Shown here in pieces: positions 51,985 through 64,000 of a stretch of 64,000 nt of DNA (position 1 is its first letter; every line of letters begins with the position of its first letter). Source of the DNA: Amphiscolops sp. MND2022. Lineage: Eukaryota. Location of the stretch: contig OZ076409.1 in the NCBI GenBank assembly GCA_964187785.1, positions 60,452,001 to 60,516,000 of the forward strand, read 5' to 3'. The notes beneath the pieces were generated by a model that did no database searches, was not told the DNA's origin, and saw only the letters and a list, made by a program, of their open reading frames with translations. A program made the translations under genes and the position numbers.

Positions 51985-53851
51985 ACCCTCCTAGCATCAT
52001 TTCATCACGAACAAATTCTTAATTTCCTTCAAACAATTAGTCATTTCCTGTTTTTTCGGTGAAAAAATCAATATGATCACAAGTTTGCGTCGACATTTCG
52101 TCAAATTTTAAGACACGGCAACAATTTTTGGTATTAGTCATTTATCACAGTAATATTAGTTCATCCCGGCGTCCTTTTGCTTCCTCCCAAGCAGGAAATA
52201 GATATTACTTTAGTCTGTCAAACCGGAAATGATCTGATTTACTGCTTTGGTTCGCGGGAAATTGACGCTAAGATGACGCTGGCGTGAACAACTAATACCT
52301 GATTTTGGAATTCAGCTTGATCGAAATGTGACGACTGACTTCCAAATTATGATTATTCGAGCGATGCTAGGAAGATGTTTTTGAATTAATTGGGACCCAA
52401 TCATTAGGTTAGAAATAGAATTAAATTTGCAATCCTTGATGTTCAAATATATATATTGGCAACAATTTCGGTTTGACGCGACAAGTGCGAAAAGTTTACA
52501 AATCAACTCTAACAGAACAAGGATTTTCAAATGTTAACTTTAAACAGCATTATGAAAAGGGATGCACTCGATTTTAATAGTCTCATTTATGAAATGGCAC
52601 TCAAATTGAATACGGCTTATTTAGCAAAGCTAGCAGGTTCATAAATTCCTCAAACATGGGGCAGCGCAATTACATCGTCATCTAAAATGAACTGGTACAA
52701 AATGTTAACAGACAGCAGATTCACGTTTTACAACGTTGTTAATGTACAAAAATGTTTTATGTAATAAAATACAGTCATTTATCCAGCAGCAAAATATGAA
52801 CTGTGACTTTCGTTTCAAGAAAATGCTGGAAAGTTTCATTTAAATCGCTTCCTAGTGTAATTTTAGGTGAACATTATTTCAGTCGACGTAGGATAGACGC
52901 AATTCGCTAAATCTTATTTCCCCTCTAGTTGAATCTGATTTGAAACAACCGAATCTTTCCATACTAATTTCACTAAAATCGATGTTCATTTTACTATTCT
53001 GGATGGACTGAAACAGATAACTTGATGGATTTGCAACAACATGACGACAAGTTTTCTCAGCTAGCTTGGCGGCTAGCCAAGTTTGACGAGCTGCTGACGC
53101 ATATTTTGGAATGAATTTCTGACTAGCTGCCAAGTTAGTGACGTCATTTTGGCGGAAAATTGGAATGATTTTCTAGTTAGGCCAATATTATAGGCGGTAA
53201 ATTGGAATGGTTTTCTGGTATGCATGGACGAATTGATGACGTCATTTGGTATGTCTTCAAAACTTGCCTACGTCCTGTAGATGATAAATGTACATGTATG
53301 CTTATTCTCACCGTAGCTTTGTTTACTTAGCGCAGTATTGTCGTCCTGAATTCCACTAAGTGCTTTTCAAAGTATAACAAAGCTGCCATTCTTATAAAAG
53401 GCCTAATTTCTTTGGCGTGCCATCTCAAATGTATTTTCTGTTTTAGATTTGATTGATGTTCTTTCTGGGAGATAATTTTGGATATGTTTTCGTTTAGATA
53501 AGTTTATGATCTCCTTATTTTAAGACAAATTTTAATTTGGTTTTCAGGTGGCGAATGTTTCTATTTTGGCGTGACTAAAACGTCTTATCGGAAATGCGTG
53601 AAAATCATTTTAGTTTGTAGCAGACGTATATTGTGCGTTCTCAGTCACAGTTTATTTCAAAGTTAAGATTAAAGTTTAAGTCAGTTGCCAAAATACCACC
53701 TCGGGAAGCCAAGCTGCCGCCTTGTCGTCTCCCAATTCCAACTCTTTTTCAACAGCATCCCAGACCGGGAGCGGGCTGCGACAATCCCTTCTTTGCCTGT
53801 CGTCTCCAATGGGTAACGATTGTTTTTCCAATGTTTTCCTCGATTGTTTTC

Positions 53852-54259
53852 CTAAGAGGACATAGAACTCACAATGTTCTGGATTTCAGGAATAACTCTC
53901 TCCGTGATGGCATTACTGATAGCCCTATTTATTTGACCATGCATCATGGACATCATTGAATCCATCTCTTGTGATAGTCTAAGATTGAATTCTTTTGAGA
54001 AGGTCTCAAGGGATTGTCTATTGTCATTTTGCCTGGGGAGGTTATTTTCATAAGCGAAGCTAGCATACTGATTTCCCAAAAGCTCATTCGACTCTACGTC
54101 TCCCTGTACTGATGATTGTTCAATAGCATCAGCTAATTCTCTTTCTATGGGGTTGCTATTCCCATTTCCTAGCATCAGGTCCATATTTTCTATATCGGAC
54201 AGCATGTCTACCTCTCTAGATATTCTAGCTTTTGCTTTCTGGCGTCTGGAAGAAGGCAT
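53852..54259 (-). CDS. 135-aa ORF, probable truncated N-terminus of a retrotransposon gag-like ORF
   Basis: MPSSRRQKAKAR basic start, then an acidic/coiled-coil region. Same strand as pol. A decayed homolog lies at 50471. It ends abruptly at a sequence junction. Confidence 0.5.
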   Translation of the reverse strand: MPSSRRQKAKARISREVDMLSDIENMDLMLGNGNSNPIERELADAIEQSSVQGDVESNELLGNQYASFAYENNLPRQNDNRQSLETFSKEFNLRLSQEMDSMMSMMHGQINRAISNAITERVIPEIQNIVSSMSS

Positions 54260-55344
54260 AAAAGATTATTGCAAGAGTAAAGAATTTGAATTGGAATCTT
54301 TGGGCTTGCAAACAAAATTTTATTCGGTTATTTAACAACGAACTGACTGTGACTTCTTGTAGGATAATTATCTCTCCGGGACCACGAGTCTCGTTTATTT
54401 ATAATCAACCTAGCATGACGTACATAATAATGGATGTCATCAGTCTAATTTTAGCAACAAATATTCTAAAAATAGACACGAGGGACAGCGTGTCTTTACA
54501 AATATAATAGCGTAATCCTAATAATAGTAACTGCCATGACGTAATTGTTTTACACGCGTTTATACATATGTAGCAACCACGTTCATGATTGTTCATGTGG
54601 CCCTTCAGGCCGTTCATTTGAGTTTCATCAGCAACATTACATGTTAAAGCAATTCATGTTAAATTACATGTAACAGATGCGTATAAGGATGGTACATAGA
54701 CATATGGGCTATTATTTATGGTTTCTCATAATACAAACTGTTCATTTAATTCCTCATCCAGAAGATTCTGGAAGAGAAGAGAGAAGGGGGGAAAAAGGAC
54801 TAAAAGTCCTTTTGTGATCTCGGTGACAGACTTTAATTAGAGTACATGTATTGCTTCTGAGATAGCACACTATTAACTCTAATGTTTGCACCGCTTTCCA
54901 TTCAACTTTGGACTCAGTGTCCGCGCGCCTTTATTTGGTATAAGAATACCAATAATGTTGGCGGCATATGGCCTTTGAGTCCTTTAATTTAGAATACAGC
55001 ACAAGAATGAATGAGCAAGTAAATGAATAGCGCGCTGTGATTGGTTGAGAGATTGGACGTACAGCGCGTTCAGCAAGACACGAGAGGAAACATTTGAACT
55101 CGTTTCCTCTACCTGTACGACTTGGTGTCCAATTTCTCAACTACTGTGCATATCTACTATAATTTTACATGTATTAGTACATCAGATTCAACTTTAAAAC
55201 GTATATTTTACATGGCAATTTCCGAATAATTATCACAAAGTCTTCCAAGTTTGATAATATAAAAGCTCCAAGTAAAATGTTATATATGTAAAATCAATCA
55301 TAGCAAAATAAGTGTATAGTTCATCTTCTGTGGCTTTTGGACTC

Positions 55345-56181
55345 TTAGTCCTTTCTTCCATTTATTGGAAGCGTACCATGGAGAGTACCATAGTTGTATC
55401 CGACTGAATACCAGTTGCCATCGCAGGCGGCAGCCCGCGACACTCCCCCTGGCATAAACAGAAAAGCGCCAGCGTTCATGCCATCTAAGAACGCTCTCCT
55501 CCTTGCTTGAGTCTCTGCTAGAGTCTCTCCTACTGTCACCGTTCTGTCCAGGTATTCGTTCACGGTTTTTTCCTGGATTTGTTGTACCGGCTTCCCGCAA
55601 TATATGCAGTAAGAGTAACCGACCAAAGAGGACGATTCAGCTAAGGCCATATCGTTGAAATGACTCGCCACTGCTTCCATTGACGTAGTTATAGAGGGTG
55701 GTGAATTGTGTGAATTGTCACGAGAGCCACAGAGGTATCGGGGTCCTCTGTCCTGTTCGGGCGACGATAGCGGGGTGTCCACTTGTGGCACTAGGTTGCG
55801 GCAGATGTTTATAGGGTGGTTAGATTTGATCCTGTCGTCTCGACTCACGGGCCCATTTCCTCTTGCTAGATTGAAATACTTCTCCCCGAAAGTAGGAAAG
55901 GGCGGCACATTAGGTCTAGGTGTCACAGGTCTTTTCTGGGTCGGATTAGCTGAGGTAGACGGGATCAAGATGGGTTCTGCTAGTTGTCTTTCAATGCATC
56001 TAGCCATGAGCTTAACCTCTTCAGTTTCGTCTTCTGACGATAAATACAAATCGTCTACAGAGCACGAGCTGAGGATTTCCATCTCTTCTTCATCGCTGGA
56101 TATATAAATGATTGCGGGTTCCCCCTCAGATTTCGCTGCGCCGATGAAGTCCATCGGGAAAGTCTCAGAGATGTCGGACAT
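55345..56181 (-). CDS. 278-aa accessory ORF of unknown function
   Basis: Uninterrupted ATG-to-stop frame. Acidic N-terminus with IIYISSDEEE, a Pro/Ser-rich middle, and CIYCG followed by a predicted-helical C-terminus. Confidence 0.7.
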   Translation of the reverse strand: MSDISETFPMDFIGAAKSEGEPAIIYISSDEEEMEILSSCSVDDLYLSSEDETEEVKLMARCIERQLAEPILIPSTSANPTQKRPVTPRPNVPPFPTFGEKYFNLARGNGPVSRDDRIKSNHPINICRNLVPQVDTPLSSPEQDRGPRYLCGSRDNSHNSPPSITTSMEAVASHFNDMALAESSSLVGYSYCIYCGKPVQQIQEKTVNEYLDRTVTVGETLAETQARRRAFLDGMNAGAFLFMPGGVSRAAACDGNWYSVGYNYGTLHGTLPINGRKD

Positions 56182-57412
56182 GGCTCGGTTTTTGAAGATT
56201 TTCTTCGCAATTATGACTAGTTTTCAATTGAGAAACAGCTGATTTTTGGCAGAGAAATTGATAGAAGGCGGTTTCAGTTTCCGCGGACCGCGAGTCTCTT
56301 CGTTTCTCTTTTCCCGGGGTTTTACATTCCCCGGTAAATAAATTCTCAATAACAAAATTCCGTCTCCTGAGTCCTTTCATCATGCCGCCAGGCAACTTTA
56401 TAATCACCGACATCGGCTTTATTGACTATCATCAGCTAGGTTAACACTTCTAAATTAGGAGAGTTGCCTCAAGTGTTTATTAACACTCATCAGGTACTTG
56501 AGAGTTTCAAGGAGGTGAAGTTATGGCAGATAGCCACGCCGTCCACCAATAATGTGATCAGCCAATAGGAGCGCAGCAAAATTTCTTCTAGGCCAAAATG
56601 GCTTCTGAAGGTCGTAGATCCATATAAGGAATAATGCAAAATAACCTTGAAAATCAAATAAAATGAAATAAAATAAAATGAAATAAAAACAAAATCATGA
56701 AATGATTTTGCAAAATAACAAAATTTTCGAAATAAGTGAATAGATGTAGATAATACTGGCAGATTTTATCCACAACATGTTGTAAATTGTAAATAATACC
56801 AAATTTGACACCAAACTGTATAGCCACGATCTCCAATTTTGACATCTTGTCATATTGCCAATTCACCTTTCAATTCCTTATCGTTCAATTCTGTCAATTT
56901 ATTTTTCGTCTTTCGTATTACCCAGTGTTTAATCACCGTTGTATTTATCCATCTTGTATTTAGTCAGTTATTTAGTCTTTGAGACCCCTCTACTTATAGA
57001 TTTTCTATTTATCTTCATCCCATCTTCATCTTGGGACTCAGTGTCCACTCGTCCTCATCTTCGTGGATTTCCTCCATTCCTCCCGGAGAACCGACATCCA
57101 GGCCCAACTTTGGACTTTTCCCTCCAGTTGTCAATTCGGCACAACCTTCCGTCGCAGATATCATTTCTTTTTTCCTCTGCATTAAAATACCAACAGGTCA
57201 GTTGATCTTCGTATTCTTTCAGTAACTAGGCTAGATTTTTTGAACTAGTATGAGGCTTGATCAGGGCTCTCATTTCGTTCATGTACTTCCTGTCCACATA
57301 ACACAAGTGTTCACTAGTGTTCAGTTTAATCTACTTCCGGAAGATTTTTAACGCGGTGAATGGATTTTAATTCAAGAAGCTTACCGCTTGAATCTTATCT
57401 CTTTATTTAGGT

Positions 57413-60400
57413 ATGTCAATTGAAGATATATTGGAAGAAAACACTACCGAGATGGTTAAGGCAGTAGAAAACGACTCCTCAGCGACACAAGACCCCATCA
57501 TGGACACTGACGAGAATACTGTTCCTCCTGGGATGTCCCCTACTAGCCTTTCTACCGAAGGTAGCCCGGGAGCATATATCGAGAAGACTGTTACAGAGTT
57601 GGCTCGACGAAGGAAAATCCAAGAATCTGCTAGCGAAGTTGCCTCCAACAATGCCCAAGCGGTTACATTGAGGCACACTCCGACGATAAAAGTTCTGAAT
57701 CAGCCGGGCTACTTATTACCTGCACTGACGAGGGGAAAGAAACAGGCAAAGATCTATCCTTAGAGGCTGATCCAGCTGTCAGTGTAATTAGTGGACATAG
57801 TGGTCACCGAATCCCTGACTACTTCCCCACAGACACCAGCGAAGTAGAAGAGCTATTCGATAGTTCTGGGGCAGAAGAGCCCACCCCCCCTCACAGCCCA
57901 ACCACTATACGTGTAGGGGCTTTGTCACACCCGGGCGATGGTTCACCTGGGCCCCAAACACCAAAAGGCAACACTCCTGCAGAGGCCACCCTTGCAATTC
58001 CTGGGCTCCGCAAACAAGTGTCTGCATCAGGAAGGACCTTGCTTCAGAAATACTTTTCCGATAATACCCCAGTCGAGTTACCAAGTGGGCATTCAACCGT
58101 AATATTCAATGAAAGCCAAGTGCACACTCTCCTGCGGGTGATTACCGAAGAAACCATGATCTCTTCCTCTGACATGGCAAGGGGCTTGTTGGAAAGAATG
58201 ACGCTAGGTGGAGTCCACAATCGGGCACAGACACGAAGAGCCCCTCGACAGCCCAGTTTCGCACCTGGGAAAAATCTACAGAGTTCTGGGGAAGAAAGTG
58301 GTGGCGACACCACCGACGGGTATACTAGTGGGGCGATTAACACAGACGATGACATGACGGGACTAAATTCTTCTCAGTGCAGTGAGGTTACCAGCCGAGG
58401 AGCGTATACTCCCACTGATCTAGGTTGTTCTCCTGTAAGAGACCACACGAGTCCCATAAGCCCGCAGCTCCTGAGTCCTGGTTTCAGCTCCGCTGATTAC
58501 CAGCCGCTTTCTTCAATCAGAGACCAGACAAATGACAGCCCTACTGAACCAAATCCTCCACGCAAGCGTCGAAATAATGCAGGCAAGCCTGCCAAGGTGA
58601 TGAAAGAGGCTTACTTTAAGGGTATCGCTTGGACCAAAACTTTCGTCACTGGACCCTTGGACCCGCAACATAACAGATACAAGTTTTACTGTCAAATCTG
58701 TAAAACTAATGTGTCCATTCACTCAAAAAGGGCAAGAGAAATTGTACGCCATTACCAGTCGGAATCACACTTGCGTAAAGATCAACGCTGGAGATATGAG
58801 CATCTGAGGCGAACAGACCAAGTGACTGGAATCGTTACCTATGAGGTACGAGGAAAAGATGGCCAAGTCCTAACACCTTTCGAGCTGGAAAAGGAAAAGC
58901 CATTATTCGAGGACGCTCCATTGGTCGACATTGGCTGCAAGTACCCCTTCTTTGACGAGTACATGGCCGGGATCGGGTCTGTCACCAACCCTGCTGAAAT
59001 CCGATTGGCAGTGCAAATCTCCCTAGTGGGACACTTTGTCCCAGTTTGTGGTGACCTCCAATTGTTGGAGACTTTGTGGAAGCTCGTTGGAGAAGTATCC
59101 AACCATCAGGAACTCTTCTCTCCTTATGACTGGGGGGCTACCACTCTTACCGTAAGAATCGTTCCTCCCAGATTAATACTTTTTTTTACTACATATAGGA
59201 GTTAAATTCTCATCTCGTTTTGTATAGAGCAGGCCTATCCGACAAAATTGAGTATTAATTCGGGTTATCTTTTGTTCTAGGTGATCTTCCATCACATCTT
59301 CCTGTGTGCAATTGCTGACATCTCTCACCACATAGTCACCGAGAATATGTATTCCCTAGAGTTCGAGACCCGAGGGACACACAACCATTGCTACATCCGC
59401 TTTTGGAAGGATGAAAAGTTGGTTCGTGTTTACCTAGCCCAGTACAAACTCACGCCGGATCCAGTGCCTGGATTTATCAATTTGATGTCCCGACTAATCT
59501 CCGCTCTGTCTTCCAAACCTAGATTGGTCAGCGCTTCTGGTTGCCGTTCCGATTTGTTTGAATGCCACGATCGGATCAAGTACTTCAGTCGGGGGGTCCA
59601 GTGTCCCTTCAGATTCAACGTCCCTTCTTTCCCTGTGATATTGAGACAGGCTGATGGGACTGTGTTTGGTGCCATAGACTTTCTCTCCCAATTGAAATAG
59701 CTCATTGTCTTCCTCGGAGGGTGCCAGGACCAGCCATGGGCTATCAAATCTCCTGAGCTTTCTTCCGTAAGTCCGTTTCACCTCGAAATGGAGAACTGGG
59801 TTTTGGCTTTACAGGTCTATATACTTATTATCCTTTCAGGCTGTTACTTCTTGCAATTTGGAGTTGAGTTCCATTCCAGTCATCTGCTCAGAACTTCTTG
59901 TCCACTGGAAATCTATCCTGAATTACATCACCAAGGTTGCTCCATCACAAGTAATGCAAGGGGTACGACACAAGGTAAGGGCCCATTATTGTATAATGTG
60001 TGGATATAACTCCTATTCCCAGCAACTCTGTCCTCATCTGAAACTAAGGATTTTGTTATAGCCACAGACTCTTGAGTGGGTTTTCATCACCGATGAATTC
60101 TTCCCTATCAAGTTGGAGCTTTTCGGAAGGATTATCAAGGATTGTAAGTGCCTGAACTGTCCTTTTGTGTTGTTACCAATTGTTTGATCTAATTGAACTG
60201 ACCTCTTAGTTGATCTGTCCTGTCTTATGATCGTTCACCTGCATTTGCCCTTGGAGCAATTGTTAATTTTAGCTTATCGTTTAGATGTCAAGAAATTCGA
60301 GCGAAGTCTTGCAGTACGTAAGGATTCTGGATTCTTGATTTTCGGACAGCTATGTCAGTTCATCCGTAAGCTCTGCTACAGATCGCTGTTGCCCGCTTTC

Positions 60401-61430
60401 GTCCCTGCAGTTACTGAATGGTCAGCGGTGTTGGATTTATCAGGGCGTGAACTCAAGCAATTGTCCAGCCGGGATTTCATTTTCCGACTAAAAATGAAGT
60501 CAGATCTTGACGGGGCCGCCCGCAGAAAGGCCCGGCGCGATCTCAGTGACAAGGTACCAGCAAGTTTGGACAGCTTGGTGGAAGCAGCTAAGGAGGAATT
60601 CTCCGTCCAGGCGCGACAGTTTATTGTCTCCCTGATTGAGGTTCTGCTGAAAGATGTCCGCCTCAATGTCGATATCGTTCGCGGTATGGCCTGCTTTGAC
60701 TCTGCTGTACTCCTGGTCCTTCCTCTCGAAGAAGGTTTGTTCTTCCTCAAATCTTTGTACAGCAGTTTCAAACGTCGAGGATGGATGTCTAACTGTGCTG
60801 AAGACGATCTTCGCGATGAGTATGTGGGGTTCTTAGAGCACTTCCGATGTGCCTATTCCAATTTCAAAGATAATCTTGAGGCTTTCACTGATATGACAGC
60901 GCTCTTGAGCAATATGCCCGAATTCAGAGCTAGGAAGCTTCTGTTATATTTGTTCCGGCTCAGCTGTCTGTGTCTGACTGAGGAAAATGCGGCATTGTCT
61001 CCTGTCAAGTTTCCTGGGGCAGTGAGAATCCCCCTTCTCGGCTTTCAGAGGTCATAATGCCATCTCAATCTTACCTCACCTCAGCCAAGTACCCAACTCG
61101 GTCAATATATGCACTAACGATGTCGCCCTGGCTAAATACGTTGAACTTGAGGCTAAATTCAATGGCGGAAAAGTATCAGGGGACCCATGGTCTCATGTGG
61201 ACCATTTTGGGCGAGCTGGCTTCCACAAGGTACTGTTCTCTGTCTATAGTTCATTGGGGAAAGTTTCTGTTCCTGCACCCCGTCCTATGCTGTCGAGTTC
61301 AAGTTCTGATGAAAGAACGGGTCTACGATCTTCAGGCAAGCGGAATAAGAAGGTTTTCTTTGGAAAAAATAGTTCTGCCGACGATCCTAAATCCGCCGAC
61401 GAAACTCAGCAGGGCTGTTCTAAAAACTAA
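57413..61430 (+). pseudogene. spliced gene for a BED-like zinc-finger / hAT-transposase-related protein (about 1,200 codons), with a few lesions
   Basis: Coding exons 57413-59151, 59281-59766, 59840-59974, 60062-60143 and 60285-61430, joined by phase-compatible GT-AG introns. Probable 5'UTR intron at 57198-57410. Finger FYCQICKTNVSIHSKRAREIVRHYQSESH. Frameshifts near 57650, 61020 and 61090; in-frame TAG at 59698. Confidence 0.75.
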
Positions 61431-61667
61431 ATGTACATAGAGTACGTTTGTTTTATAGACAAATTGTTTGTATACTCTGTTTATTTTGTAGTTTCCTTGT
61501 ATCATTCAGGTGCTATGCTGCAGTGTCTTCCTTTTCTTGTATAGTCGCTGACTCTCTTTCTTCATTTATTGTATTTTTATATATTTGAGTTGATTAGTCA
61601 GGGTGATCCCTAGTAAAAGTCATCAGTTAGTCCAAGTGGCTAATGGGGCGTTAATTTACATGTCTGA

Positions 61668-64000
61668 CTAGTAACTGTATTCGTCAGAAAAGTTGGGGTT
61701 GGGGTTAGGTCGAAGATTATATTTCCCTCCTCTAGGGCTAGAATTTTCCTCATTTCTTTCATTTTGCGATATTCCGGGCACGGTAATATCTGCGCCTCTA
61801 TTTGAAGCAACTTCTGTGCTTTATAAATCATTAGTGACGTCATTTTCATCTTCTGTCCTCATAGGCGATTCACTCGGGAGGACGGTACGTCTCGGTTAGT
61901 GGCCGGTCTCGGCCTTATTTAATCCTCATTTGCGTCACATTCGTCATTTTCTGTCTCAATTGGCGTTTCGCTCAGCGGGGACGGCGCATCGTGTGTAGTG
62001 GCCAATCTCGGCTGTGTTTCGTTTTCAATGACGTCATTTTCATTCCTTTTGCTGCTGCTACATTCGTCATTGTTCGTGTTGCTGCTTTTATTTTCGGTGA
62101 CTTAATATCCCACTCCGCCGCTTGCGGCGTCATTCGGTAGGCGCGTGGCCGTGTGCGGCCAATCATCTTTTCTCGGCTCAAACAGCTCGTACTCAAAGTC
62201 CGCATCCCATGAGATGGTGTATAGATCATCTTGCGGTATTATTATTGATTCGTCAGGCTGTAATTTCTCTTCCTTGTACTTGTCCTCTAGTGGGCCATTT
62301 GGAACAATTTTTTTGAGCCTGATACGATGTAAGATTTGTGTCTTATTCGTATTTAAATGACGCACTATATAATTGTTGATTGGTAAGACCTTTTGAACAA
62401 CAAAGGGACCAGTCCAACTGAAGTCCCTAAATGGAATTTTAGAGCCTTGAGTATCCGCTTTCGGTTAGAGCACAAAACAGAAGTCTTTTTCTTGTAGTGA
62501 AGCCGCTTTGGCCTTTCGGTCATAGTATTCTTTGTATTTTAAATAGGACTGCATAATATTCTTCTTCGTCTAATCAATAAGGATTTGCGTCCTCTGCTGC
62601 AGTTCTTCCGCAAAATCGGTTGTCGGTAGGAAATTTTTATTGGGAATATTTCCTAATTTATGATCAAGGACATTGTAGATAATTCGGCCGTGAAAAACTT
62701 TGCTAGGCTCACAACCAATACTAGAGTGATAAGTAGTGTTATAGTTGAGCACAGCTAATGGCAAATATTTGAGCCATTGAGGTCGATATTCCCCTGAGGC
62801 CATTTTCAAATTAGTTTTCAGAGAAGCAAGTGTCTTTTCGAGTTTGCCGATAGTTTGCGGGTGCTTGGTAGTTGCGCATTTTAGTGTAATTCCCAATATT
62901 TCAGTGATTTCCTCTAAGATCTTTGAGGTAAATGCGGACCCCTTGTCCGTGATGAGGGTTGTCGGTAAATACGAATGTTTCGTCATAATATCAATTATTA
63001 CCTTCGCTACATTTGCGGCTGTTGCCTCAATTAGCGGATAGGCAAATAGATATCTTGAGAATACATCTATTGCTGTCATCACTGTTTGGTATCCGCCCCT
63101 AGTTGGTAAATTTGGTAGTAAATCGATTTGCATGGCATCTTCTGGGCCTAGGTCCCATTCGGGCAAATTCAGTAGTTCGGGTGTGATTACCGTGTTGGGG
63201 ACCCTTTTGTCCTTGGCACATGTTTCGCAGCCTTCTATCCATTTTTTGACATGTTTTGCTATTCCGGGGTAGTAATATTTTTGGCGAATTTCATGTAGCA
63301 TTTTAGAAATGCCCGGGTGGCGATGTGCCGTGCCATGTATTGCTTGTAATAGTTCTTTGAGTAAATGTTTCGGCAATAAAATTTGGTGATATTTGACTTG
63401 TCCGGTTTCGTCGTAGTACTGCCGCGTCACTATTTCGTCTTTGAGGACTTTTCGGTCTTTGTTGTTCAAATAGTATTTGTACCTAATATCCTGTTGAAGG
63501 ATTTCTTCAGAGTATTCTTCTTTTTGAAGTTTCGCCTTCAATTGGAGCAAAATCGGGTCTCGAGACTGTTCAAGCAGTATCTGATTCATTCTTCGCAATT
63601 TTGTGTGAAGTTAGTGATTTCCTCTACCGTATTTCCTGAGATAGCGTCAATTTGAATTACAGTCTCAGGGACCATAAGTCCTCTTTTGGATTGCAGCTTC
63701 CAGTCCCAAATTTGTTGTTCTGTTTCATTGTCTTCTTCAGAAAAAAAATTTGTTTTTCTTCGGATACCCCTGCTGATTGGACATTGACCTCGATCGGTCG
63801 GGTTTCGACGTCCTCACGTATTTTCAGAACTAACTTTTCAGTAGGGACATTTCCATACGGGACAGGTAGTCCGCTGCTGTGTTGTTTTTGCCTGGAATGT
63901 GAGCTATGACAAAGTTGAACTGAATGACAAAATCACAGGCATTCCAGAGCGGCGGTGGGATTATTTTCGTCTGGAAGAACCTCCTGACCGATTTGTTATC
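61668..64000 (-). pseudogene. Gypsy (Ty3) pol, 3' part: RNase H end, integrase, GPY/F and low-complexity tail; frameshifted
   Basis: HIPGKNNTAADYLSR; HHCC (HGTAHRHPG..CETC); DDE core (QIDLL, TDKGSAFTS, HPQTIGKLE); GPFVVQKVLPINNY; ends KYNLRPNPNPNFSDEYSY* at 61668. Continues beyond the window. Confidence 0.93.

Larger units (their letters stand above)
53852..64000 (-). mobile_element. large Gypsy-type LTR retrotransposon, 3' half, with accessory cargo
   Basis: pol is followed by about 7.8 kb carrying two extra genes and a gag-start-like ORF. No internal TSD or TIR junctions seen. LTR boundaries not resolved. Confidence 0.55.

Noticed and set aside
51726..52022. ORFs spanning the N run
   Set aside because: Artefacts of the assembly gap.
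54371..54384. TGGTCCCGGAGAG (- strand) as a PBS
   Set aside because: Not preceded by a CA LTR end, and I recognised no tRNA match.
54771..54798. purine tract as the PPT of the Gypsy element
   Set aside because: It is on the wrong strand for a minus-strand element.
54910..57046. 13-mer GGACTCAGTGTCC repeated at 54910 and 57034
   Set aside because: Too short to exclude chance, and there is no extended homology, so it is not an LTR pair.

Overview
AT-rich, intron-containing metazoan (invertebrate) DNA with a heavy repeat load and one 200-N gap (51785-51984). Bases 1-17.9 kb hold the last 7 coding exons of a dachsous-type protocadherin on the + strand. All splice phases are consistent, and the introns carry nested MITEs and a decayed Gypsy fragment. 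An intact, very young BEL/Pao LTR retrotransposon follows (18815-24820, identical 149-bp LTRs, 5-bp TSD, 1712-aa ORF). Next come DINE-1/Helentron-like and tRNA-derived repeats, a diverged tandem duplication (29.7-41.2 kb), a decayed BEL/Pao nested in a Gypsy relic, a perfect 168-bp palindrome at a hAT-MITE end, and several LTR fragments. The most unusual feature is at 53.8-64 kb. There, a large Gypsy-type element (- strand) appears to carry extra cargo between pol and its 3' end: an antisense, 5-intron gene for a zinc-finger/hAT-transposase-like protein lacking obvious catalytic Asp motifs, plus a divergently oriented 278-aa acidic ORF with a CxxC motif. Family assignments are by motif recognition only; no searches were run.
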